Positions 1-12,723 of a stretch of DNA of 64,000 nt are shown piece by piece. Location: positions 558,001 to 622,000 of the forward strand of contig NC_043015.1 of NCBI RefSeq assembly GCF_006345805.1. Direction: 5' to 3'. Each line of letters opens with the position of its first letter. Within the stretch, counting starts at the first letter, position 1. The position numbers and the translations under genes were made by a program. The notes beneath the pieces were generated by a model. The model did no database searches. It was given only the letters and a program-made list of their open reading frames with translations, and was not told the DNA's origin. This stretch comes from Octopus sinensis (Eukaryota).

Positions 1-41
1 TGTTTACCTTTGTGAAGTGTTACGTGAATCCTTTTTTAAAG

Positions 42-43
<2 letters not shown>

Positions 44-106
<63 letters not shown>
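44..106. repeat. (TAA)n microsatellite
   Basis: Direct reading: uninterrupted ataata... run. Confidence 0.95.
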
Positions 107-107
<1 letters not shown>

Positions 108-540
108 CAACAACTAACTAGAGTGTAAATACTTGGAAGTAGCCGCTGTCTTCTATTACTTAATGATATATTTAATTCACAAATAGCACGCTAGTCTTCG
201 AAGCATGAATATAACTTAATAAAACTTGTTATCAAACATTATAAAACTTACTGCTGATCACAGTTGATGACAGTAGTAAATATAACGTTTATAAAATGTT
301 AAACTACAGAAGTAGAGGCAACGATTGGAGTTATACGATTGCATGGAGTAAGTGTAAGAATTTGGCAACGAAGAAAAAATATAACTTATCATAGTTGAAT
401 AGGAGAAATCTAAATTTCGAGCAGAAGATTCTGTATGGATGTGAAACGGTTAGAGATCATATATCTAAAAAGGAAAATAAAAAGACAAAAACCATAAATC
501 AATCAAACTTGATCTTTGCGCTCTTCATTATTACTGTGAT

Positions 541-771
541 GGCGGTGAGTTGGCAGAATCGTTAGCACGCCGGGTGAAGTGCTTAGCGGTATTTCGTCTG
601 TCGCTACGTTCTGAGTTCAAATTCTGCCGAGGTCGAATTTGCCTTTCATCCTTTCAGGGTCGATTAAATAAGTACCAGTTACGCACTGGGGTCGATATAA
701 TCGACTTAATCCGTTTGTCTCTCCTTGTTTGTCCTCTCTGTGTTTAGCCCCTTGTGGTTAGTAAAGAAAAA
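541..771 (+). mobile_element. tRNA-derived SINE, family A (Meta-domain-like), full-length copy
   Basis: Head GGCGGTGAGTTGGCAGAATCG (A-box-like), B-box GAGTTCAAATTC, central GCCTTTCATCCTTTC.GGGTCGAT.AA.TAAGTACCAG resembling the MetaSINE domain; related copies recur at 18691 and 56047. Confidence 0.8.
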
Positions 772-1365
772 GGTATTTCGTCTGCCGCTACGTTCTGAGT
801 TCAAATTCCGCCGAGGTCGAGTTTGCCCTCCATCCTTTCGGGGTCGATAAATTAAGTACCAGTTACGCACTGGGGTCAATGTAATCGACTTAACCGTTTG
901 TCTGTCCTTGTTTGTCCTTTCTGTGTTTAGCCCCTTGTGGTTAGTAAAGAAAAAGGTATTTCGTCTGCCGCTACGTTCTGAGTTCAAATTCCGCCGAGGT
1001 CGAGTTTGCCCTCCATCCTTTCGGGGTCGATAAATTAAGTACCAGTTACGCACTGGGGTCAATGTAATCGACTTAACCATTTGTCTGTCCTTGTTTGTCC
1101 TTTCTGTGTTTAGCCCCTTGTGGGTAGTAAAGAAATAGGTAATTCATCTGTCGCTACGTTCTGAGTTCAAATTCCGCCGAGGTCGACTTTGCCTTTCATT
1201 CTTTCGGGGTCGATAAATTAAGTACTAGTGCGTAACTAGTACTTAATTTATCGACCCCGAAAGAATGGGGTCGATGCACTGGGGTCGATGTAATCGACTT
1301 AACCCCTTTGTCTGTCCTTGTTTGTCCCCTCTATATTTAGTCCCTTGTGGGTAATAAAGAGATAA
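772..1365 (+). repeat. Head-to-tail array of three headless SINE-A bodies (183-bp period)
   Basis: GGTA(T/A)TTC(G/A)TCTG starts at 772, 955 and 1138; units 772-954 and 955-1137 are near identical and share private variants (GAGTTTGCCCTCC, GGGGTCAATG). Confidence 0.9.
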
Positions 1366-2200
1366 GGACCGTTGGCAAGTGAGAGAAAATGCCTAGCGCA
1401 TTTCCTCCGTCTTTGCGCTCTGAGCCCATTATCCGCCGAGATCAAATTTGGTTTTCTTCACAAGGGGCTGATAAAATAAGTACAAGTTCAGCACTGGTAT
1501 CGAGATAATCCACTAACCCTCTCACCTGAAACATCAAGCCAGCGAGCTGGTAGGACCGTTAGCACTCCGGACAAAAGGCTCACCGGCATTCGGTCCATCT
1601 TTATATTCCGATGTGAAATTTGGTCGTAGTTGACTTTGCCTTTCATTATTTTGGGATCGATAAAATATGTCACACAACTCCTGAGGTTTGATGTAATCGA
1701 CATACCCTGCTCTTCAAAAACTATTCATTTTGTTCAAAAATGTGAAACCTTTTTCACTTCATCTATGACATTTCTAGAAAGAGGAAATTTATCTGAGAGC
1801 ATCGTAGACGCTGTTGTTATATCTTGCATTATTTGTATATTTCTATGCAACAATGAATGGAAAGACAATTAAAACGATGGAATCAAATGTCATAGAGTAG
1901 TTGTTCTGTATCATGTTCTGAGTTCATATAACACCGTGGTCACTTTTGATATTCATCCTTTCTGGGTTGATATTCTTACTACCAGTCAATTACTGCGGTC
2001 CCCTTTTAGACCTAACTTACCATCCTTCTAATCCCAATGCTTTCGTCTGAATCTAGAACAGCTATTTTCAGGTGGTAGACTGGCAAATTCATGAACGTTA
2101 CAACGATTCTTTTTCTTTTCTTTGTTTCTTATTCGACATTCACAAAATCCAAGGTGAAATTTGCTTTTCATTCCATCGGTATCCGAAAATTAAAGTAGCA
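1366..2200 (+). mobile_element. Cluster of about four older, degenerate SINE-A copies
   Basis: Decayed central motifs at about 1430-1500, 1630-1705, 1915-1990 and 2145-2200 (e.g. GACTTTGCCTTTCATT...GGGATCGATAAAAT). Confidence 0.6.
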
Positions 2201-5012
2201 GAGGTGAACATGTCTGGCTTTGTATCTGTGTTAGAAATAATTGTATGTATATTTCTCTAACATATATTTCTTACTATTATCATACACTCTTGCAAGTTTA
2301 ACCACCAATTTTTACTCTTCTCTGAAAATTTAAATACTCATATATAAGACTAAGAAGGCATTATAAAAATTCAGAATCATTCTATCATAGAATCATTCTA
2401 TCAATTGATGGTTTAATACAAAGGTCTATCAAGCACGTAATTAAGTAATAAAAATCGTGTTAATTATTTACAATGTTTGGTTTTAGAATGTTAAATGAAA
2501 AAACCAGAAAAAAAAAACAAAAATCAAAGCTACCCATTCATACATACTTACAGTACAGGTACATGGAAACGAGTTTTAGAAATACAATCAGATAAAATTT
2601 CTAACTGAATGAAAATTTGATAATGATGCCTTACATAAAATACTGATTGCTATTTAGAAGTCGCTTCATTTTATGCAGGCTAAAACAAAAAGTTGAATGC
2701 AACAAGAATGTATAAACATTACAGCTTAAGGATTCTTCTTTTGATAAACATTACAGTAAAGTATTATATAAAAAAAGGCATTAAAAAATTTTACTTATAA
2801 ATAAAAAAAAAATGTTCCTATATTTGAATAAATATTTCTCGGCAGGTCCAAAGTTATTTTTAAATAGAGAATCAATCCATTTTCAAGACACGAAAATTAA
2901 ATTAGCTCAGATATTATTTGAAGGGAATCATACAATTAATCAACCACTAATACCTTGTAAAGCTACTTAGTAAAATCATGCATAGAAAATGAATGAGGAA
3001 AATGTAAGATGCATTACCTTTCATCACATACAATTATGAAATACTAGGGAGATTACAACCGTTGTCAAGCACAAAGACAGGAGGATAATGTTATTAGTAA
3101 TATCGATTTGATTTGGTTCATTCCATATCACAGATACGAATCAGCGAATTGTTTTTCTTTTCAAGAATATAATGTGTGCCAAATTTGTGTGAAAAAAAGA
3201 ACAAAACAAACATTTTGGATGTTTGACCTATGTCCTCATGTTCTGCGTTCAAAACACACCAAAGTCAATGATTCATTTTATCATTCTAATTTTCTTAATT
3301 TGGTGTGCCTGACATGATTTCAATGGCATCGTTGAACCATTCCTAAAGATTGCTGGTATTGTATCTTAACCAGAAATAGTTGCTTGAAGAACAGATTGGA
3401 AAATATTTATGAATATATACGTACATACACATACGTATGTGTAGATATATATATAATATAAATTTAATAATGAGTGAAACCTATTACCGAATATATATAT
3501 GAGGGTGTAGTTCACCGATGATATAAACATTTAGGTGCGCTAGGTAGTGTTGTAACTGATTACCAGGGCTCCAAGTTTGTAGCCGAGATGATAGTTATGG
3601 AATCATTACAGATTTCCGACATAGCGGATATATAATAGTTAAAGGACAACAAATATCAAGGCATGGCAAACATCTCAAGTCATTATGCATAATTAATATT
3701 AATAGCTACCTCCGCTACAATTCTGTTATCGAACGTTGATATGTCCGTGTCTTTTTTCTGGTTGTTTACAATATAAGGACTTTACCCACATAGATCCAGG
3801 CAGGATTGCACATAAGGACTTATGGACTTATTTCTTCAACATCGGAAATTATAACAGAGGAAAGTGAACTGTGAAATTTTATGCTTCTTTTTCTTCGTTT
3901 CTTTTTTCTTCTCTCTCTTCTTTTCCTTATTCCTTCACTCCCGTCCAGTATGTTGTCATTTCATTAATCTCATTAATCTCAGTTACCCTATATGTCTCTG
4001 ATGGCGTAATATCCCATACTCTTGGATATCACAGAAACAGCTATAAGACTTTCAATTTTTTCCAATAATAATGATGTATATGACTTGAGGTGATTGCCTT
4101 GACTTTTGTTGCCCTCTTTAACAATTATATATATATATATACATACATAAATACCCCACCCCAACATATATATGTAGATAAATATAATCCAAATAATCGA
4201 TCAGAGGAATAGAAAACAATGAAGATGAAAATGCATAGAGAATATATCAAAACCAAATAGAATTTAAATAAACTTTTAAAATATATGAATACGCCTCACC
4301 GGTTTCACATTAGGCTTTTATACGTGTATAAAGAATGGAGTTGAACTGCGAAGTATGTAATGCTCGTTGTTATAAAATCTTTTAGGAACGCGTCTGTTAA
4401 AGTACATATTGTCTGGTCAACATTCATGTATTTCGCTCATGTGGCAGTCTCCAGAGAAGGCCACATAAAAGTATTTCCACATGGACATGTCATATGACAG
4501 TTACAAAAGTGAAATATGAATACATGATATAATAATTTTTAAAATAAAAGTTATAGATAATTATTGCTTGCTTTGCTGTCGAAGATTAATGCTATCAATT
4601 CATGTTATTTTACTCCTATTAGACATGATACAATATATTCATTCCTTGTTCGCAAGGTGTGGGTTTAAGTAAGATAACGAGCTGTGGAGTAAATAAGATA
4701 GATGATAGCTATTCCATAAATGAGGGTTGCCATAAGAGCTAACACAAGTAGAAATTTTACAATTATTCATACATAAGAAAAGGGGAATAGTCTATTACGA
4801 TGTTTTTATAGCCTCTACAGCAGTACAGTAGTAGTTTGTATTTTTAGTAAACGAGCTTTCCTTCTTAGCTCTTGTTTGGTATGGGGTATTGTCTGCACAT
4901 TAATCGAGTGGGAAAACAAGAAATTCGGGATTTTGACGCACATGAGTCCGAACGTCCGCTGAGTGGAATTTGTCTTGTACATACACACACACACACATAC
5001 ATATATATAATA

Positions 5013-5038
5013 TAGATAGATAGATAAATAGATAGTAG

Positions 5039-5071
<33 letters not shown>

Positions 5072-5092
5072 CAGACAGACAGACAGGCAGAC

Positions 5093-5188
<96 letters not shown>
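5013..5188. repeat. (GATA)n/(GACA)n compound microsatellite
   Basis: Direct reading. Confidence 0.95.
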
Positions 5189-5439
5189 GGCAAGGATAAA
5201 TAAAAACAGCAATAACAGCAGCTGCAACAATAGTAACAAAAACAACATCATCAATAACGACAAATGGCATTGACAACATTATTCAATGACGACGATGATG
5301 ATGTTGACGACAATATTGTTAAGTATGATGTTGACGATGACGACGAGTTTGGTGAAGGTGATAATAGCGAGAAAAACAACAGGAAGATAAAGATGAGAAA
5401 CGAAAAGGTAGAAGATAAAGAATGAAAATAATAATAAGA

Positions 5440-5593
5440 CGATAAAGAAGAAGAAGAAAAGAAGAAGTACAAGAAAAAGAAGAAAAGAAGAAGAAAGAGA
5501 AGAAGAGAAGAAGAAGAAGAAGAAGAAGAAGAAGACGAAGAAGAAGCAGGAGAAGAAGAAGAGGTAGAAGAAGAAGTAGAAGAAGAGAAGAAG

Positions 5594-5624
<31 letters not shown>

Positions 5625-5723
5625 TGAAGAAAAAGAAGAAGAAGAAGAAGGTGGAATAATAAGAAGAATGAGAATAAGAAGAAGAAGAAGAAGAAGAAGA
5701 AGTTGGAAGAGAGAAGAAGGAGG

Positions 5724-5758
<35 letters not shown>

Positions 5759-5890
5759 ATAAAGAAGAAGAGAAAAGAAGAAGATAAAAGAGGAGAAGAA
5801 GAAGAAGAAGAATGATGAAGAAGAAGAAGAAGAAGAAAAAGAAGAAGAAGAAGAAGAAGAAGAAGAAGAAGAAGAAGAAGAAGAAGAAGA
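5440..5890. repeat. (GAA)n-rich polypurine tract
   Basis: Direct reading; long imperfect GAA run with a TAA-rich interruption near 5720-5760. Confidence 0.9.
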
Positions 5891-6455
5891 TGTACGATGA
5901 GGTTGTGGAGGAAATAATAAGAAAACTTGAACAGCAAAAGTATAATAAATAAAAAAAAAACATTCTTTATATGTTCCTGGTCGAGAAAGTAATCCCAATA
6001 AAATCAAACCCGGATGTTAATTTCCCACTGGCCTCTTCACTCATTCATATTCCAGAAGATTCTTAATGAATGTATCGTGCGTTTGTGCGACCGCACATCC
6101 TACACATACGCAAGCGCACAATCTCGTACACACGTACACAGACTAACACACACTAACACAAACACATTACATATTCAAACATACATGGTACATTTACGAG
6201 AAATCTACATTTTGAAGTAATAAACACAAGTATATTAAATATATATATTATATATATATTATATATATATATATATATATATCACACATATACTTATATA
6301 TTATATATATATAGTGAGTGTGTATGCTTGTGTAGAATTCTATATGTATGCATCTATATGTATGTCTACATGAATGTATATCTGCATATGCATATGCATA
6401 CATACTTGCATACATACATACATATATATATACATATATTTATATATATATATGT

Positions 6456-6508
<53 letters not shown>

Positions 6509-6579
6509 TACACTCACACACACATATATATACATATATATCTGTACGTATCTATTATCTCTCTCTATATATATATATG

Positions 6580-6624
<45 letters not shown>

Positions 6625-7043
6625 ATATATATATATATACATATATACACACATACATATATTTATATATATAAACATCGATATACATCCATAAATGCAT
6701 ATGGACAGGATTGCAGTCATACATACGCACACAGACATGTAGATAACGCTTTTTTTTATTGGTGAGGATGTTTATCTCTCTTTCGGTGGAGGTCATCGAT
6801 GTATAACCCTGAGAACATTGAACATATATTGTTTCTTTGTAATTTTTCTTTTAAATGTGTGTATGTATGAAGCACATGGGCATGGGTATTTGCGTGAAAG
6901 AAATATGCGAGTGCATATGTGTATTTAAACGTTACCTTCTATAACAGCGGAAACGCATTTTTGCAAAGAACACCCGTGTATCTGTCGAACTTTGCATAAA
7001 ACATAAATACTTGAGGACAGGTGCTTATATAAAACTGTTTATA

Positions 7044-7445
7044 GGCGCAGGAGTGGCTGTGTGGTAAGTAGCTTGTTTACCAACCACATGGTACCGGGTT
7101 CAGTCCCACTGCGTGGCACCTTGGGCAAGTGTCTTCTGCTATAGCCTCGGGCCAACCAATGCCTTGTGAATGGATTTGGTAGATGGAAACTGAAAGAAGA
7201 CCGTCGTATATATGTATATATATGCGTGTGTGTGTTTGTGTGTCTGTGTTTGTCCCGCTAGCATTTCTTGACAACCGTTGCTGGTGTGTTTATGTCCCCG
7301 TTACTTAGCGGTTCGGCAAAAGAAACCGATAGAATAAGTACTGGGCTTACAAAGAATAAGTCCCGTGGTTGATTTGCTCGATTAAAGGCGGTGCTCCTGT
7401 ATGGCCGCAGTCAAATGACTGAAACAAGTAAAGAGTAATAAGAGT
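7044..7445 (+). mobile_element. tRNA-derived CORE-like SINE, family B (octopus OR-type), full length
   Basis: Head GGCGCAGGAGTGGCTGTGTGG (A-box), B-box GGGTTCAGTCCC, CORE-like GGCACCTTGGGCAAGTGTCTT, internal (TA)/(TG) microsatellite, tail GAAACAAGTAAAGAGTAA; many copies in the window. Confidence 0.88.
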
Positions 7446-8280
7446 AATACTAAACCGAAAGGCAGATATACGCACAGACATAAGCAAAGACGCATACATT
7501 CAAACTCAGTTATGCATAATTAGATGCGCATCTACCGATATGCATATTTACATGTTTATCAGCATAGATATATAACTGCAGAATTTGAAAGTATTTGTGT
7601 AACTATTTTGGCCATGTGTATTTCTGTTTCTGTCTTTCTTTGTCTCTCCTCAATATATCATTCCATAGAGATGCAATCACACACACAAGCAGTATGTATA
7701 CATGCATACACACACACCCACACAGCCACATATGTATGTTTCTATGTTTACTTGTCAATCTATCTTTCTATATATGTATCAATCAACGTGTATATCTATA
7801 TGAGTTTCGATGACTGTCTATATGTGTATACGAGCAAAACGCCCCCCCCCGCCCAATGGACGGTGCTGTGTTGTCAAACAGTTAAGCCAAATTTTCTCAA
7901 AACAATTTGTCCGACCGTCCCATAGGCCTCTCCTTTGAGAAACACTAATTTAACCTAAATTTGGGACACCAGCAAAAGAAGAAATGAAGAAAAACGATTT
8001 TATTCACACAAATATGCAACCGAAGAGTTTAAAGTACCAGTAAGTACATCGCAACACCTGATGTACTTGCGTGTACAAATGCATGTTCCCACGGCTTCAT
8101 CAATCGCATTCTCACCTGGAATTTTTCAAGACTTATACACGCCCTGATACCGTCGGTATCTACATATCAAATTTGAGCGCAAACATATGGAGGATGCCCG
8201 AGATCCTAGAACACACACACAGAGACAGACAGAACGGATGTTACATAATATTCATATATATACATATATATCCTTTTGTA

Positions 8281-8571
8281 TGTTTAAGTCATCTGACTGG
8301 GGCCATGCTGGGGCAAAACCTTTTAGTGAAGAAATCAATCCCTTAATTTATTTTGTAAGTTTAGCACTTATTCTATCGGTTGTTTTACCGAACCGCCAGG
8401 TTCAGCAGACGTAAATACACCAGCACAGATACAAAAACATAAGTATATACATATATATATACGATATGCTTCTTTCAATGCCTTTGTAGGTTCGAGGCTA
8501 TATTAGACGACACTCATCCAGAATCATGTGGTCGACAAGCAAGCTTCTTGCCACACACATACACCTTCGCC

Positions 8572-8572
<1 letters not shown>
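8281..8572 (-). mobile_element. SINE-B, degenerate, inverted relative to the 7044 copy
   Basis: Reverse complement of the 3' part (AGTCATCTGACTGGGGCCATGCTG) and of the head (...CACCTTCGCC) are both recognisable. Confidence 0.7.
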
Positions 8573-8603
<31 letters not shown>

Positions 8604-8633
8604 TGTATGTATGTATGTATGTATGTATGTATG

Positions 8634-8867
8634 AGAGAACACGTATCCAGCATGAAGACCTTAAGCGAGCTGCGCGAAAGCGCACGGCTCGTATAGTGAA
8701 TGGGGAAAGCTTGGTCTGCAATGTTTGCAGTCGTGTATGCTTGTCAAGAGCAGGCCCCATTAGCCACCAACGGAGCCGCAAATACAAAATATAAGTTAGT
8801 CCTAGAGCGCACAATGTTCCTGGAGGTCGGCAATGGTCTTCCTCGGTCACGAGTGGATGGCTATCAC

Positions 8868-8868
<1 letters not shown>
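8634..8868 (+). mobile_element. 5'-truncated RTE-clade LINE 3' end embedded in (TATG)n
   Basis: Encodes ...[43 protein letters not shown] (CxxC...SHxR C-terminus typical of RTE/BovB-like ORFs), short 3' UTR, (ATGT)n on both sides. Confidence 0.8.
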
Positions 8869-8898
<30 letters not shown>

Positions 8899-8916
8899 TG
8901 TATGTATGTATGTATG

Positions 8917-8948
<32 letters not shown>

Positions 8949-9343
8949 TGAATGTATGCATGTATGTATGTATGTATGTATCTATCTATCTATCACTATA
9001 TATATAGGGAGAGAGAAAGGGGGATAGAATGAGAGAGAGTAGGTGAAAGAGAGAGTGAAGAAGTAAGATAGAAAAGACAGAGACATACAAACACTCACAT
9101 GCACACATGCCTTTGAATATGGAAATCATTGCCCGAGTTTATCGTTTTGGATATTAACATGATGGTCAAGATAGAAGATATTTCAACATGTAAAAAAAAC
9201 CCTCATCCACAAGAAGTGTTCGGTTGTATGTTCCTACGCCAGTTGTATCAGCTCACGGGGAAGAACCCACATTTAAGAATCCATTTTCCTAACTTCTAGG
9301 AATAGATCCACAAGTGGAACTTCAGTAGATATTCGTATATTTC

Positions 9344-9478
9344 GTCCCAGTAACTTAGCGGTTTGTCAACAGAAACCGATGAAGAAAGTACTAGTCTTAC
9401 AAAAAATAAGTACTGGGGTTCGATCGATTGTTTGACTAAACGCGGTCCTCCAGCATGGCCGCAGTCAAATAACTAAAA
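9344..9478 (+). mobile_element. SINE-B 3' half
   Basis: GTAACTTAGCGGTT...CCAGCATGGCCGCAGTCAAAT matches the 3' half of the 7044 copy. Confidence 0.75.
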
Positions 9479-9600
9479 GATATGTATGTATTATATATGT
9501 ATATATGTATATATGTATGTATTATATATGTATATATACATATATTATATATATATAATATATATATATAATATATATATATATTAATATATATATATAT

Positions 9601-9631
<31 letters not shown>

Positions 9632-9669
9632 TATATATATATATATATATGTAATATATATACATATAT

Positions 9670-9723
<54 letters not shown>

Positions 9724-9736
9724 CATATATATTATT

Positions 9737-9784
<48 letters not shown>

Positions 9785-9798
9785 ATATATATATATAT

Positions 9799-9846
<48 letters not shown>

Positions 9847-10125
9847 GTATGTATACACACATACATAAGAATGCATTGTCATACACGTAAAGCTATATAT
9901 GGCATTGCAATTTTGTGTAAGATTACCTTCATGCCTGTCTACGTGCATAGGCATATAAGAATATAGATATATGGATATATGTGTACGCATCTATCATGAT
10001 ATACATTTTATATGTGAATTTTCACTAAATATCCACGTATACATATGCACACAGTCACACATATATATGTAGACTCATGCACACACAAAACACACACACA
10101 AATAAATATCCATATCCATATATAT

Positions 10126-10172
<47 letters not shown>

Positions 10173-10552
10173 ATATATATCGTATTGTATATATAATATA
10201 ATATATATATTGCATGAAAAATCAGTGAAAGAAAGCGCAAATACGATGAATGAAAAAGAAATGAATAAATGCATATAGTAAAATATTATAAATATATGAC
10301 AAAAAATAGAAAGAATTTCTGGGTGAAAAAGATGACATGAAAAATATAATAAAAGATGAAAAAAAAAAGTCAATATTCATATGAAAAAAAAATTCTATGT
10401 TTTATTGATTATTATCAAATTTATATCAGATTTCATATGTTTAGCCTTTTGAGAATTGTATGGAAGCACCTGCTGCAATCAATGTGATTGCTCATGCTGA
10501 AGACGGTTCGGCAAAACATCAAATACGTATTCCGCACATGGATAGAACGTCC

Positions 10553-10583
10553 AATAATAATAATAATGATAATGATGATGATG

Positions 10584-10644
<61 letters not shown>

Positions 10645-10778
10645 TAATAATAATAATAATAATAATAATGATAATAATAATAATAATAATAATGTTAATA
10701 ATAATAATAATAATAATGATAATAATCATAATAATAATAATTATAATAATAATTATAATGATAATGATAATAATAATA

Positions 10779-10820
<42 letters not shown>

Positions 10821-10921
10821 TAATATAATAATAATAATAATAATAATATAATAATAAATAATAATAATATAATAATAATGATAATAATAATAATAATATA
10901 ATAATGATTATAATAATAATA

Positions 10922-10957
<36 letters not shown>

Positions 10958-10979
10958 TAATAATAATAATAATATAATG

Positions 10980-11019
<40 letters not shown>

Positions 11020-11058
11020 TAATAATAATAATAATAATAATAATATAATAATATAATG

Positions 11059-11096
<38 letters not shown>

Positions 11097-11258
11097 TGAT
11101 AATAATAATAATCATATAATAATGATAATAATAATCTAATAATAATGTTAATAATAATATAATAATAGATAATATAATAATAATAATAATTAATATAATT
11201 ATAATGATAATGATAATAATAATACTAGTATAATAATAATAATAATATAATAATAATA

Positions 11259-11290
<32 letters not shown>

Positions 11291-11579
11291 TAATAATAAT
11301 AATAATAATAATATAATAATGATGATGTATAATGAAAATAAAGCTGACAACGATGTTGTCTTTGACGATGATGATGGTGGTGATGATGGTGATTGTTATG
11401 GTGACGACGGTGAGGATGATGATGATAATGATGACGATGATACTACTACTACTACTACTACTACTACTCTACTACTACTACTACTACTACAACTACTACT
11501 ACTACTACTAATAATAATAATAATAATAAAAATAATTATAATAATAATAATAATAATCATAATAACAATAATAATAATA
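10553..11579. repeat. Long (TAA)n-dominated compound trinucleotide array (TAA/TGA/CTA)
   Basis: Direct reading. Confidence 0.95.
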
Positions 11580-11803
11580 ATACCACTGGTGATCGGAGCG
11601 TCGGGTTCGATCCCATTGAAACTTCAAGACATCTTAAGGTAACTGGAAATCCCATGCAAGATTGATGCTTTGCAAAAAAGCAGCCTTGTTGGGCACAATG
11701 CACATCTTAAGTAAAGTATTATGTGTTTGAGGTCCTTGTTGTCACTTGACAGATGACTAAAGCCTCCGGGGCATTTTTTACCGACACTGTGTTTTTCGAA
11801 TGA
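11580..11803 (+). mobile_element. 5'-truncated R4/Dong-clade LINE 3' end (RLE C-terminus plus 3' UTR) in (TAA)n
   Basis: IPLVIGASGSIPLKLQDILR*LEIPCKIDALQK, then with a one-base shift AALLGTMHILSKVLCV*, matching the R4/Dong terminal motif P.VIGALG...LQKAALLGT..IL.KVL; TAA repeats on both sides. Confidence 0.85.
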
Positions 11804-11879
11804 ATAATAGTAATAATAGTAATAATAATAATAATAATAACAATAATAATAATAAAATAATAATAATAATAATAATAAT

Positions 11880-12400
11880 AAATTCCCTGATGCAGCGGCT
11901 CTCATGATTTATGGTCTTAACTGATTGTAAGAGTTATCATGTACATTGTTTTGTTTTGGTATAAAAGAAGGGCTACAGCAAATATTCTGCGCAATACCAC
12001 AGATTTGCTTGTCAGTTGTTTGACATTAACCAGTTGAGCATGTCCTTTGGTGGTTGACGATATGAGCATCTTTGATCTCGAACAGAAGTAGTGGGAGAGC
12101 ATCATAGCCGTGTTTTGAAAGGTATTCTTCGAGGTTTGGACAATTCACCTTTGGAAACATGGGTAGTTCGTTCAACATCCTTAAACAATTATTATTCAGG
12201 GACCTTTTGAGTGGGATGGGTTACTCGACCACATGAAAATTCTAACTGGGCCCCAACTGCAAGGTCATGCGTTGTTTATCTTGATGTGAGATCACCATGT
12301 ATGTGCACTTATGGTTGTGATGCATGTGCCTGGTGTACCCTTATCATGACGTGTATAGTTTACCCTAGTGTTACTTTGATAGCATGTACTGTTCTCTCAA
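11880..12400 (+). mobile_element. ~520-bp non-coding (TAA)n-embedded element (family T), near full length, diverged
   Basis: Starts AAATTCCCTGATGCAG, ends ACTTTGATAGCATGTACTGTTCTCTCAATGATAAT; homologous to copies at 31026, 55545, 61243 and 61953; flanked by TAA-type repeats. Confidence 0.85.
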
Positions 12401-12414
12401 TGATAATGATGATG

Positions 12415-12481
<67 letters not shown>

Positions 12482-12575
12482 CAATAATAATAATAATGAT
12501 GATGATGATGATGATAGGATGACAATAATAATAATGACGATGATGATGTTGATACTGAATATGAAGATGACGATG

Positions 12576-12639
<64 letters not shown>

Positions 12640-12679
12640 CGATGATGATGTGATGATGATGATGATGATAATAATAATA

Positions 12680-12722
<43 letters not shown>

Positions 12723-12723
<1 letters not shown>

